Shown: piece by piece, positions 14,132 to 23,889 of the stretch
How positions within the stretch are numbered: the stretch's first letter is position 1
How the letters are laid out: every line of letters starts with the position of its first letter
The notes under the pieces: model-generated
The model's database searches: none
Seen by the model: only the letters and a program-made list of their open reading frames with translations
Told to the model about the DNA's origin: nothing
Position numbers and translations under genes: made by a program
Source of the DNA: Candidatus Eremiobacteria bacterium
GTDB taxonomy: Bacteria; Vulcanimicrobiota; Vulcanimicrobiia; Vulcanimicrobiales; Vulcanimicrobiaceae
Assembly: GCA_963737065.1 (NCBI GenBank)
Contig: CAVTRC010000001.1
Location: 1,408,001-1,472,000, forward strand
Length of the DNA: 64,000 bases
Reading direction: 5' to 3'

Positions 14132-14407
14132 TTAGTGCAGGTGCTGCAGCAGACCCGGAACGTTTGCCACGACGAGCAGCAGGTAGAAACCCAAACCGAG
14201 TCCGATGATCGGGAACGCTTCCAGCACGCCGACGCCGAGAAAGAGGAACGTGAAGATGTTCGGACGCGCTTCGGGTTGACGCGCGATCGCCTCCACGGCC
14301 TTGCTCGCAACGATACCGTCGCCGATGGCCGAACCGAATGCCACACCGGCGATAATGATGCCGAACGCCAGCAGGGTCAGGCCTGCAACCAACGCTTCAG
14401 AGGTCAA
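14132..14407 (-). CDS. atpE: ATP synthase Fo subunit c
   Basis: Two TM helices, ARQPE loop, ion-binding Glu in GVLEAF. TTG start with GGAAAGG upstream. Confidence 0.95.
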   Translation of the reverse strand: MTSEALVAGLTLLAFGIIIAGVAFGSAIGDGIVASKAVEAIARQPEARPNIFTFLFLGVGVLEAFPIIGLGLGFYLLLVVANVPGLLQHLH

Positions 14408-14487
14408 GTCGATACCTTTCCATAGTTATCTTAGCTAGTATACCGGGTGACTTTAGCGAGCAAAGTTTTAACTTTGATCGATAAAGT

Positions 14488-15219
14488 CTAGTGATCGGAT
14501 GCCGTTGCGAGCGACAGATAGACGATCGCGAGCAGGGTGAAAACGAACGCTTGTACGGTTCCGACGAAGAAGTTGAAAAACTGTATGAAGAACGGAATCA
14601 CCGTCACGGCGAGCGACAGGTTCACCGGACCGATCGTCACGTGCGACGTCACGATCGACGCGATGATGATGAAGAGCAGTTCGCCCACGAAAATATTGAA
14701 AAATAAACGTGCTGCGAGCGTCGCAGGCCGCGCGAGTTCTTCGAGAACATTGATCGGCGTGAGCCACCAGAAGGGCTTCGCCACGTGGCCGAATTGCTTG
14801 ATCCCGTTTTGACGGATGCCGACCACCCAGCAGATGACGAAAACCATCAATGCGAGCGGCAGCGTCGTGTTCAAATCCGCCGTCGGGGAACCGCCGAACG
14901 GCAGGCCGAGCACCTTAAACGGAAAGATGCCGAATTGATTCAACAAGAAGATGAACACGAAGAGCGCGATAAAGAACGGAACGTACGGCTCGCCCCGTTC
15001 TCCGAGCGTACTCGTCACCAAATCGGCCAGGTAGTTAATGGCGCCTTCGGCGATCGTCTGGCGCTTCGAGACGTACGCGGAGCGGTAGCTGGCACCAACC
15101 AAGGCGAAAAAGACGAGCGAAACGATCATCACGAGCCACGTCGTCATGATCGTGTCGCCATGGACCGTTCCGAACACCGGCCACTGCCAGGGAATGTGCT
15201 CGCCGATTTGCTCGTGCAC
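14488..15219 (-). CDS. atpB: ATP synthase Fo subunit a
   Basis: SPTADLN, LAARLFFNIFVGE, VQAFVFTLL. Confidence 0.95.
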   Translation of the reverse strand: MHEQIGEHIPWQWPVFGTVHGDTIMTTWLVMIVSLVFFALVGASYRSAYVSKRQTIAEGAINYLADLVTSTLGERGEPYVPFFIALFVFIFLLNQFGIFPFKVLGLPFGGSPTADLNTTLPLALMVFVICWVVGIRQNGIKQFGHVAKPFWWLTPINVLEELARPATLAARLFFNIFVGELLFIIIASIVTSHVTIGPVNLSLAVTVIPFFIQFFNFFVGTVQAFVFTLLAIVYLSLATASDH

Positions 15220-15225
15220 GAAACG

Positions 15226-15756
15226 CTATTCTCTTTTAAATGCGCGCTGCACACTCGCCATATACAGCGCTAACGGAAGAAAGAAGCCGGCGAAGTACGC
15301 CGCCATCGACCACCACGGTCCTCGAGCGGCAAATGCCACGGGGACTATACCGAAGACCGCGATTCTTAGAAAACTACTAAAGACGAAGCCCCCGACCGAG
15401 CGCGTTTCGACGACCCGCTCGTTGCTGCGCATCACCAGAAGGTTATTGATGATACCGCAGAGGCCACCAACCAGCAGGGCAAGCGCGGGAATGGGGAACC
15501 GGGGGGCGGTTGCGGCACCGACGATCGCTACGGTGAGCACGGTTCGAAACGAGACCGATTTCTTGAGCGCGCGATACGTCGCGAGATCGGCCGCCGCTTC
15601 GGCGTCGCCATAGCTACGCTCAGTCTTTCCCCAATCCTCCTCGTCAAAATACCGCGAAGCGCTTCGCACAGCCGGCACGCCCATCGCCGGATCCGCACTC
15701 CGCTCGCCTTCCGGAGACTGCGCGCGCCCCGCATCGTGCGGCCCCCGCTCGTTCAT
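15226..15756 (-). CDS. atpI: ATP synthase protein I-like membrane protein
   Basis: About 4 TM helices immediately upstream of atpB. Confidence 0.7.
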   Translation of the reverse strand: MNERGPHDAGRAQSPEGERSADPAMGVPAVRSASRYFDEEDWGKTERSYGDAEAAADLATYRALKKSVSFRTVLTVAIVGAATAPRFPIPALALLVGGLCGIINNLLVMRSNERVVETRSVGGFVFSSFLRIAVFGIVPVAFAARGPWWSMAAYFAGFFLPLALYMASVQRAFKRE

Positions 15757-15938
15757 TCGGTGTGGAACAGCAGCCGCATGGCGCTATATCCGCCGACCGC
15801 GAGGCCAACGATCAAGCCCACGAACGCCCACATTGGCTGGCCCGTACGAGCACCGACGAAGATGCCGAGGAGTAAGCCGGCAAGCGTCGCGCCGGCAAGC
15901 GTGCTGCCGGCAGCAATAACCGGGACGGCATCCTTCAT
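15753..15938 (-). CDS. AtpZ/AtpI-family small membrane protein
   Basis: 2-TM Gly-rich 61-aa protein with ATGA overlaps on both sides, at the head of the atp operon. Confidence 0.7.
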   Translation of the reverse strand: MKDAVPVIAAGSTLAGATLAGLLLGIFVGARTGQPMWAFVGLIVGLAVGGYSAMRLLFHTE

Positions 15939-17092
15939 GAAGCAACGGCGCCGAACGGCTCGGGATACGGCGTTCCCGCGTGACGGGCCAAGAGCCATTC
16001 GACGATGCGCTCCGAGGCATGTCCGTCGCCGTACGGGTTCGCGGCACGCGCCATGCGCGCAAAGTCGACTTCATCGACGAGCAAACGACGCGCCGCGTCG
16101 ACGATTTTTGCCCGGTCGTGTCCGACGAGCTCGAGCGTACCGGCCTCAAGCCCCTCCGGGCGCTCGGTCTCGTCGCGCATCACCAGGACCGGTTTACCGA
16201 GACACGGCGCCTCTTCTTGCAAGCCGCCGGAGTCGGTTAGAACGAACGTCGCCGCTTTGACGGCGGCGACCATGTGCGCGTAGTCGATCGGCTGCACGAG
16301 CACGACGCCCGGAACGTTATCGAGCACGTCGAGCGCAACCGGACGGACGTGCGGCGAGGGATGCACGGGCCAATAGATTTGCGGGCGTTGCGGCAGCCCG
16401 GCGATGTCGCGCATCGCTTCGCACATCTCGCGCATGTGCGGGTGATTCTCGCGACGATGCGCGGTCACGACGATGATGGGACGCGAGCGATCGAGCAGAT
16501 CGAAATCGGGCGGCTTGGGAAGATTGCTGCGGTTCGCGGTCGCGAGGAATGCGTCGATGACCGTGTTGCCCGTGACGATGATGTCTTCGACGTTGACATT
16601 TTCGCGCAGCAGATGCTCGCGCGCGAGCATCGTCGGCGAAAAATGATAGCGCGCAATCGTCCCGGTCAAGCGGCGATTCATTTCTTCGGGATACGGAAGC
16701 CACGGATCGTTCGTCCGCAATCCTGCTTCCACGTGTCCCACGGGAACTTGCTGGTAAAACGCCGCAAGCGCAGCAGAAGTGCTCGTCGTCGTATCGCCGT
16801 GAACGAGCACGACGTCCGGCGTCGCCTCGTTCAGCACGGGCTCCATCCCTTCGAGCACGCGCGTGGTAATTTGCGTGAGCGTTTGATCGCGCGTCATGAT
16901 ATCGAGATCGTAGTCGGGAACGATCCCGAAGAGCTCGAGCAGATCGTCGAGCATCTGCCGATGCTGCGCCGTAACGCAGACGATGTCGTCGATCGCCGGA
17001 TGAGCGCGCAGCGCATGAACGACGGGAGCCATCTTGATGGTGTCCGGACGCGTTCCGAACACCGTCATCACGCGAAGTTTGTGATTCTCCAT
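15935..17092 (-). CDS. wecB: UDP-N-acetylglucosamine 2-epimerase (non-hydrolysing)
   Basis: FGTRPD, HGDT, HVEAGLR, PEEMNR, TDSGGLQEEA, NPYGDG. Confidence 0.95.
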   Translation of the reverse strand: MENHKLRVMTVFGTRPDTIKMAPVVHALRAHPAIDDIVCVTAQHRQMLDDLLELFGIVPDYDLDIMTRDQTLTQITTRVLEGMEPVLNEATPDVVLVHGDTTTSTSAALAAFYQQVPVGHVEAGLRTNDPWLPYPEEMNRRLTGTIARYHFSPTMLAREHLLRENVNVEDIIVTGNTVIDAFLATANRSNLPKPPDFDLLDRSRPIIVVTAHRRENHPHMREMCEAMRDIAGLPQRPQIYWPVHPSPHVRPVALDVLDNVPGVVLVQPIDYAHMVAAVKAATFVLTDSGGLQEEAPCLGKPVLVMRDETERPEGLEAGTLELVGHDRAKIVDAARRLLVDEVDFARMARAANPYGDGHASERIVEWLLARHAGTPYPEPFGAVAS

Positions 17093-17101
17093 AACGCAGC
17101 C

Positions 17102-18176
17102 CTAGATCGTGTGCTTGAAAACGTGCGTAAATTCACCCGAGAGCGCGAGCGCGACGACGCCGAGCAGGAAGCAGACGGCGTAGATCAACAGCACCGCCTG
17201 GCGTACATTCAGCCCAAAGCGGAAGATTAACTGGTGGTGAAAGTGGCCGCGGTCGGCTTCCGTAATTTTCTTCCCGGACCGCGCGCGACGCACGATCGCA
17301 GCGGCCGTATCGAGAATCGGTAATGCGAGCACGACGAGCGGCACGACAATGGAAATCGCAATCGCCGTCTTGCTTGCACCGATAACGGAAACCGTTGCAA
17401 ACACATAGCCGATAAAGAGCGAACCTGCGTCGCCCAAAAAGATCTTTGCCGGATTAAAATTGTATGGAAGAAATCCGAGCGCGCCGCCGGCGAGCGCGAT
17501 CACGACGAGCGCGACCACCGGATTGCCGTGCAGTACCGAGATAGCGAACAAAAATAGGCTTGAAATCGCGGCGAAACCCGAGAGCAACCCGTCGAGGCCG
17601 TCGATGAAGTTGATCGCGTTCATCATGCCGACATACCACAGCAGCGTAAGCGGTACACCGACGTACCACGGGAAATCGATCCAGTTCGAATTCGGATTGT
17701 GATCGAACGGATTCGTGATCCCCGGAATGATGAATCCGTACAACATAGAGATCAGCGCGACGATGATCTGCGCGAACAACTTGTTGCGCGGACGCATCTG
17801 CATGATGTCGTCCCAGACGCCGACGCCGAGGATCAATAGACTGCCGAAGAGCAGTCCGACGAGCCTGTGCACGGTATCGAATTGATCGCTCATCATGTCG
17901 AGCTTTTGGTGCACGCCGACATGCTCGAGCGGAGGGGAAGAGCGCGTACGGCGAGCTCAGCGCGAAGCCGAGCACCGCGAAGAGTGCAAAGGCGAACCCG
18001 AAAAACACCGCGAGGCCGCCGATGCGCGGCGTCGGATGCACGTGAACGTGACGGTCTTCACCGGTACCGACGACGATTTGTAAGTGCGTTGCAAGCTTGA
18101 TCACGAGCGGCGTTGCCGCGGCCGACACGGCGGCCGCAACCACGAAAGTCACGAGATAAATGAACGCAGCCGTCAC
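17102..18176 (-). pseudogene. wecA: WecA/TagO (MraY/GT4 family) GlcNAc-1-P transferase, split by one +1 frameshift (probably a sequencing error)
   Basis: PTPRIGG in the 5' frame; WDD, NAINFIDGLDG, FLGDAGS, DRGHFHH in the 3' frame. Removing one G from the G4 run at 17934-17937 restores one ORF. Confidence 0.85.
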
Positions 18177-18610
18177 GCGCGTGCCGCCTCGAGCGTCGCA
18201 AATTGCGCGATCGCGACGCCGGCCTCGGCGAGCAGTTCACTCGCAACGGGGTCGGGATACCCCATGTCGTAGACGATCTTTTGCAGGCCTGCGCTGATCA
18301 ACAGTTTCGAACAGTTCACGCACGGCTGATGCGTGCAGTACGCGAGGGAACCGGCGAGGCTAACACCGTGTAGGGCGCCTTGCACTATCGCATTTGCTTC
18401 CGCGTGCGTCGCGCGCGCGCAATGCTCGTTGACCACGATGCAGCCTGCCTCGGTGCAGTGCGCGACCCCGCGCGGCGCGCCGTTGTACCCCGTCGTCAGA
18501 ATCCGATGCTCGCGAACGAGCACGCAACCTACGGAAAGACGCGGACACGTTGCGCGCGTAGCGACGGTTCGCGCGATTTGCATAAAATACTCATCCCAGC
18601 CCGGGCGCAT
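18173..18610 (-). CDS. dCMP deaminase / ComEB family
   Basis: RPGWDEYFM, TGYNG, HAEANA, PCVNC zinc motifs. Confidence 0.92.
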   Translation of the reverse strand: MRPGWDEYFMQIARTVATRATCPRLSVGCVLVREHRILTTGYNGAPRGVAHCTEAGCIVVNEHCARATHAEANAIVQGALHGVSLAGSLAYCTHQPCVNCSKLLISAGLQKIVYDMGYPDPVASELLAEAGVAIAQFATLEAARA

Positions 18611-18624
18611 CGTTCCGGCGATTC

Positions 18625-19293
18625 CTACGTATGTGCGCGCACTGCGTGCGGCACGGAGGTGAGACTGCCGAACATCCGGTCTCCGGCGTCGCCGAGGCCC
18701 GGAACGATATACGCGTGATCGTTCAACCCCGCATCGACTGCTGCGGCGACGATGGTAACGCCGGGATGCGACTCATGGATGTGCTCGACGCCCTCCGGCG
18801 CTGCGATCACGCAGACGAATGTCATCTTCCGCGCGCCGCGATCGACGAGCGCGTCGAGTGCGGCCACGCCCGAATGACCCGTGGCAAGCATCGGATCGAG
18901 TACGAACACGTGACGGTCTTCGAGCTGCGGCGGTACGTTTGCGTAGTAGGGCACCGCGCGCAAGGATTGCGGATCGCGATAGAAGCCGAGATGCGCGACG
19001 ACCGCGTCATCGATCACGTCGAGAAACCCCGGAAGCAATCCGAGACCGGCGCGCAGCACCGGTGCGACGACGGGGCGCGTTGCGATGCGTTCAGCCTTCG
19101 TTTCGATGAGCGGCGTCGTGACGTCGTAGTCGCGCAACGGCAACGAACGCGTTGCTTCGTAAGCGAGGAACGCGCCCAGTTCTTCGATGAGCGTCCGAAA
19201 AACCGGCGTCGGCGTATCACGGTCGCGCAAGCGCGCAAGTCGATCGGCGACGGCCGGATGTCGGACGACGTGCAACGCTTCGGAAGCGGGCAT
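18625..19293 (-). CDS. upp: uracil phosphoribosyltransferase
   Basis: VLRAGLG, LDPMLATG, YIVPGLGDAGDR. Confidence 0.95.
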   Translation of the reverse strand: MPASEALHVVRHPAVADRLARLRDRDTPTPVFRTLIEELGAFLAYEATRSLPLRDYDVTTPLIETKAERIATRPVVAPVLRAGLGLLPGFLDVIDDAVVAHLGFYRDPQSLRAVPYYANVPPQLEDRHVFVLDPMLATGHSGVAALDALVDRGARKMTFVCVIAAPEGVEHIHESHPGVTIVAAAVDAGLNDHAYIVPGLGDAGDRMFGSLTSVPHAVRAHT

Positions 19294-19355
19294 GCCCAAT
19301 ATTTAGGGCGGTCGCAATCCGAAGCCTTTACCGGCATGCGCGGGTTGCAACCGTC

Positions 19356-20870
19356 GTGGAGATGGCGCGCGCGGCTCGATCGACCGGCGACCTGTGGGTC
19401 ATGATCGCGACGATCGTCGGGTCGAGCATGGCCTTCATCGACGGCATGGTCGTCACGCTTGCGCTGCCGTCGATTCAACGTCAATTTCATGCCGGAGCCG
19501 GCGACGTCGCCTGGATCGTCGAGCTGTATACGCTTGTCATTGGGTCGCTCATGCTCATCGGCGGCGCCCTTGCCGACATCTACGGGCGGAAACGGATCTT
19601 CACGTTCGGCGTGATTCTGTTTGCAATCGGCTCGGTTGGCTGCGGGTTTGCCTGGTCGATTCCATCGATGCTGGTCGCACGCGTGGTTCAAGGCTGCGGT
19701 GGAATGTTACTCATTCCGTCGAGCCTCGCAGTCCTCGGCGCGCATTTCACCGGCACGGCACGCGATCGCGCGATCGCGGCGTGGTCTGCATTCGGCGCGC
19801 TGACGTCGACGCTAGGCCCGATGGTCGGCGGCGCGCTTATCGATTCGCTGGGATGGCGCTCGGTTTTTTGGATCAACATTCCGCTTGCCGCACTGGTGCT
19901 GTATGCAACGAGCGTTCACATCGACGAAAGCCGTGATGACCGCGCGTCGCGCCACCTGGATTTCACCGGCTCAGCGTTGCTCACCGTTTCGCTCGGCGCA
20001 ATCACGTACGCGCTTATTCGCGGTAGTTCCATCGGCTGGCATTCGGTCTCGACGACCGGTACGGCGATTGCAGGCGTTGCCCTGATGGCAATCTTTGTCG
20101 CACGTGACACGCGCGTAACAAACCCACTCGTTTCGCCTGCAGTGTTCGCGTCGCGAACCTTCGGTACGGTCAACGTTGCAACGCTGCTGCTGTACGGCGC
20201 ACTCGGCGCGAACTTCTACGTGTTGCCGTTCGTGATGATTCAGGGTCATGGATATAACGCGCTGCAAACCGCCTTAGCGACGCTTCCATTGGGAATCTGT
20301 ATGGTTGCGCTCGCGCGTGTTGGCACGGCGCTCGGGCGCACGATCGGTATGCGCACCGTGCTTGCGATCGGCCCAATCGTCATTGCAGGCGGCTTTGTCG
20401 TACTCGCGCTTTTAGAACGGAATTCGACGTATGTAACGACGTTTTTCCCCGGCATTGTCATGATCGGTATTGGACTCGGACTAACTGTCGCGCCCCTGAC
20501 ATCGACGGTTATTGATTCCGTCGCGCCCGAACACGTCGGCATCGCGTCGGGCATCAATAACGCGGTTTCGCGCGTCGCCGGTTTACTTGCCGTCGCGGCA
20601 CTTACGATCGTTCTTGCGAAGTTGTACAACGCCTCGCTGGACCACTCGCTCGATGCCATGCGCGCATCGCCGCGGATACGAGCGGCGGCGAATGCACAAC
20701 GCGACCGCCTCGGCGGCGCTCGCTTCAAAAACGCGCAACTGCAGCTCGCATCAACGCGAGCGTTCGAGCAGGGATTTCAAGGCGTCGCACTCGGCTGCGC
20801 GACGCTGACGCTCCTCGCAGCAGTCGCCAACGCGCTCGGCATTCGGAACGACGAGTTGCAGGCCCGTTAA
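19356..20870 (+). CDS. MFS transporter, DHA2 (14-TM) family
   Basis: FIDGMVVTLALPSI, GALADIYGRKR, WRSVFWINIP. Confidence 0.92.
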   Translation: MEMARAARSTGDLWVMIATIVGSSMAFIDGMVVTLALPSIQRQFHAGAGDVAWIVELYTLVIGSLMLIGGALADIYGRKRIFTFGVILFAIGSVGCGFAWSIPSMLVARVVQGCGGMLLIPSSLAVLGAHFTGTARDRAIAAWSAFGALTSTLGPMVGGALIDSLGWRSVFWINIPLAALVLYATSVHIDESRDDRASRHLDFTGSALLTVSLGAITYALIRGSSIGWHSVSTTGTAIAGVALMAIFVARDTRVTNPLVSPAVFASRTFGTVNVATLLLYGALGANFYVLPFVMIQGHGYNALQTALATLPLGICMVALARVGTALGRTIGMRTVLAIGPIVIAGGFVVLALLERNSTYVTTFFPGIVMIGIGLGLTVAPLTSTVIDSVAPEHVGIASGINNAVSRVAGLLAVAALTIVLAKLYNASLDHSLDAMRASPRIRAAANAQRDRLGGARFKNAQLQLASTRAFEQGFQGVALGCATLTLLAAVANALGIRNDELQAR

Positions 20871-20933
20871 AGGGCTGCGGCATACGAGGGTTTCTGCAAA
20901 TCGCGTGCGATATTGCGCTGTGGAGGGAAACGC

Positions 20934-21707
20934 TTGAAGAAACGGCTACGCACTTGGAAGACTCTGATCGAACAAGCCGTCGAGACGATGCCGGTAGAAT
21001 TCACATTGGCCGATATCGTGGTGCGGAAAACCGCGTTCGAGAAGCACTATCCCGAGAATCGTTTTATCGAAGCGAAGATTCGGCAAAGTCTACAAGTGTT
21101 GCGCGATCAAGGCGTAATCCGGTTTCTCGGACAAGGGCGCTATGAGCGACTCAATATGAAGCCGATATTCAGTCCATTGATTGACCAAACGATTGCAACG
21201 ACATACTCAAATAAGACCCAGTTTGCTCGTGTTGTCTTGGAGACGTGGGCAGAGCTAAACCTCTACTGCTTACATTGCGTGAACGATTCGTTGACCCGCC
21301 TTCCGCATAATACGCCTGTAGCGGACTTTGAATGTCAGTGCTGTGAGGCGCAATATCAACTTAAGGCAAAAGATGGCCGATTCGGCTCGAAGCTCAGTGG
21401 AGCAGCATATGCGCCAACGCTGAAGGCGAGCAAAGAACGTTCCATGCCCGAACACGTCCTGGTCGAGTACGACCGTCGCTTCTCGACGGTCGTTTTCGTC
21501 GACGCCCTTCCCGGATCCGCGATAACGCCGGAACGCGTTGTTGCAAGAGCCCGCCTTTCCGCAAGCGCGCGTCGTGCCGGATGGCAGGGGTGTACGATTC
21601 GCATCGACGGCATTGAACGCGTCGGGATCGTTAGGCCTTCAGGTTTGCCGAGAGAAGCGGTGCGGGCGGCATGGGCGCAGAGGATGAAAATGCGAGCCGC
21701 GGACTAA
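20934..21707 (+). CDS. DpnI/Dam-replacing-family restriction endonuclease with permuted domain order
   Basis: N-terminal winged helix (YPENRFIEAKIRQSLQVLRD...GRY), then the DpnI catalytic domain (CxxC, PVADFxCxxC, QLK, ARRAGWQGC). TTG at 20934 with GGAGG upstream. Confidence 0.88.
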   Translation: MKKRLRTWKTLIEQAVETMPVEFTLADIVVRKTAFEKHYPENRFIEAKIRQSLQVLRDQGVIRFLGQGRYERLNMKPIFSPLIDQTIATTYSNKTQFARVVLETWAELNLYCLHCVNDSLTRLPHNTPVADFECQCCEAQYQLKAKDGRFGSKLSGAAYAPTLKASKERSMPEHVLVEYDRRFSTVVFVDALPGSAITPERVVARARLSASARRAGWQGCTIRIDGIERVGIVRPSGLPREAVRAAWAQRMKMRAAD

Positions 21708-21971
21708 GATCTTGCAAGATTCTATGTTGGCGGCGTTCCGTTCAAAAACGAGTTGGATGATACGCTGCGTTGTTCGAATGTAGTGAAACCTTAGCAATTC
21801 GTAGGCGGCACTTACCATGCAATCATGCGTGCGGCAACAAACCTCGCCGACCTCTTCGTCGGGATAATAGAGGAATGCCCGCTTGATATGCTGGCCTTCA
21901 GCAGGGCATTGAGGATTGAGGCAAGGCCCGCAGCCGCCGTCATCGGACAGCGAAAACCGATACGTCTTCAC
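21639..21971 (-). CDS. hypothetical Cys-rich protein
   Basis: GTG start 4 nt after the glyA stop; fills the gap between glyA and the DpnI-like gene. No recognisable family. Confidence 0.35.
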   Translation of the reverse strand: MKTYRFSLSDDGGCGPCLNPQCPAEGQHIKRAFLYYPDEEVGEVCCRTHDCMVSAAYELLRFHYIRTTQRIIQLVFERNAANIESCKILVRGSHFHPLRPCRPHRFSRQT

Positions 21972-21975
21972 GCGA

Positions 21976-23223
21976 CTACGGGACCTCGAACCGGGATGTT
22001 AATTCGTGAACGCGGGCGCGGAGTTTGCCGACGTTCGCCTTGCCTTCGATATCCGCTAAGCCGTCAAGGATGATCCGTGCGACCTCGCGGCACTCGCTCT
22101 GGCCGAATCCGCGCGACGTGATCGCCGGCGTCCCGAGGCGAATTCCGCTTGCAACCATCGGTTTTTGCTGATCGTACGGAATCGCGTTTTTGTTCACCGT
22201 GATGCTGATCTCATCGAGATACTGCTCGACCGCTCTGCCGGTTAGGCCTTTCACCGACACGTCGACGAGCATCAGGTGCGTATCCGTGCCGCCGGCCACC
22301 AAGCGAAGGCCGCCGCGGACAAACTCTGCCGCCATAGCTTTCGCATTGTCGATGACTTGTTGCTGATACGTCTTAAACGACGGCCGTAGCGCTTCGCCGA
22401 AGGCGACCGCCTTCGCCGCGATCGTGTGCATCAGCGGACCGCCCTGAATGCCGGGGAACACGGTTTTGTCGATCGCTTGCGCGTATGCTTCTTTGCAGAG
22501 AATGATACCGCCGCGCGGTCCACGCAGCGTTTTGTGCGTTGTCGACGTGACGTATTCGGCGACCGGCACCGGCGACGGATGCAATCCGACCGCAACGAGC
22601 CCCGCGATGTGCGCCATGTCGACGAGGAGCACCGCGCCGATTTCATCGGCAATCTCACGGAACGGCGCATAGTCCATGGTTCGCGGATAGGCGCTTGCGC
22701 CGGCAATGATCATCTTCGGTTTGAATTCGCGCGCCTTGGCACGCACGTCGTCGAAGTCGATCAGCTCGCTGTCTTTGCGCACTCCGTACGCGACCGCGTT
22801 GTAGAGCTTTCCGCTGAAACTCACCTTGGTGCCGTGCGTCAAGTGGCCGCCGTGCGCCAGCGACATGCCGAGCACCGTGTCACCCGGCTGCAGTTGAGCC
22901 ATGAAAACCGCCATGTTGGCCTGCGCGCCCGCATGCGGTTGCACGTTTGCATGGTCGGCGGCGAAGATCGTGGTTAAGCGATCGATCGCGAGATTCTCGA
23001 CCACGTCGACGAACTCGCAACCGCCGTAGTACCGCTTGCCGGGATATCCTTCGGCGTATTTATTGGTCATCACCGACGCCATCGCTTCGCGAACGGCGCG
23101 ACTCGCATAGTTTTCCGAAGCGATGAGCTCCAAATTTTCTTTTTGGCGCCGCTCCTCGTTCGCGATCGCTTCAAAAACTTGCGGATCTTCGGCTTCGATA
23201 GCGGACGGTGTCAGGATGTCCAT
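21976..23223 (-). CDS. glyA: serine hydroxymethyltransferase
   Basis: [34 protein letters not shown]. Confidence 0.98.
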   Translation of the reverse strand: MDILTPSAIEAEDPQVFEAIANEERRQKENLELIASENYASRAVREAMASVMTNKYAEGYPGKRYYGGCEFVDVVENLAIDRLTTIFAADHANVQPHAGAQANMAVFMAQLQPGDTVLGMSLAHGGHLTHGTKVSFSGKLYNAVAYGVRKDSELIDFDDVRAKAREFKPKMIIAGASAYPRTMDYAPFREIADEIGAVLLVDMAHIAGLVAVGLHPSPVPVAEYVTSTTHKTLRGPRGGIILCKEAYAQAIDKTVFPGIQGGPLMHTIAAKAVAFGEALRPSFKTYQQQVIDNAKAMAAEFVRGGLRLVAGGTDTHLMLVDVSVKGLTGRAVEQYLDEISITVNKNAIPYDQQKPMVASGIRLGTPAITSRGFGQSECREVARIILDGLADIEGKANVGKLRARVHELTSRFEVP

Positions 23224-23235
23224 AACTGCGTTCCT

Positions 23236-23763
23236 TTATAACAACTCTTTCGGCGTGATCGCGTCGCTTATGCTACCGGCTTCGATATCTTTGAGCGTGC
23301 GTTCGCGTTGTGCGTCGCCGAATTCAAAGAGTTGCTCGACGCGGTGCTTGTGACGTTTCCCGTCGGACGCGTCGCCGTCGAACGGCGTGTGCATGAAAAT
23401 GTCGACGAGGCGCTCCGTCATTTCCCATCCGGTGAGGCGTTCGGAGAGCGCGAGCACGTTTGCATCGTTATGCCGGCGTGAAAGCTCCGTCGCCAGCGGT
23501 TCGAATACCGCGGCGCAGCGAACGCCCGGAACTTTATTGGCTGCCATCGAGATTCCGAGGCTCGATCCGCACACGACTACGCCGCGATCGGCCTGGCCGC
23601 TTGCAACGGCTTCGCCGACGGCATATCCATATTGCGGATAATCGACCGGCGTATCGCTGTTCGTGCCGTAATCAATGATCTCGTGACCGCTCGCGCGCAA
23701 GATTTGCGCGATGCGATCCTTATAACCATAGCCGGCGTGATCCGCGCCGAGCGCGATTTTCAT
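23236..23763 (-). CDS. rpiB: ribose-5-phosphate isomerase B
   Basis: GADHAG, CGSSLG, ANKVPGVR, HNDANVL. Confidence 0.92.
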   Translation of the reverse strand: MKIALGADHAGYGYKDRIAQILRASGHEIIDYGTNSDTPVDYPQYGYAVGEAVASGQADRGVVVCGSSLGISMAANKVPGVRCAAVFEPLATELSRRHNDANVLALSERLTGWEMTERLVDIFMHTPFDGDASDGKRHKHRVEQLFEFGDAQRERTLKDIEAGSISDAITPKELL

Positions 23764-23889
23764 TTGGACTGCGCTCCGCTCCACGCATAAACATCAGTCA
23801 TCGGGAAACTCTCCGCGAGGGCGGCCCAATAAACATTTTCGTGCGGACGAACATGTACCGGGACTCCGCCGAGTGAATCTTGCGATGCC

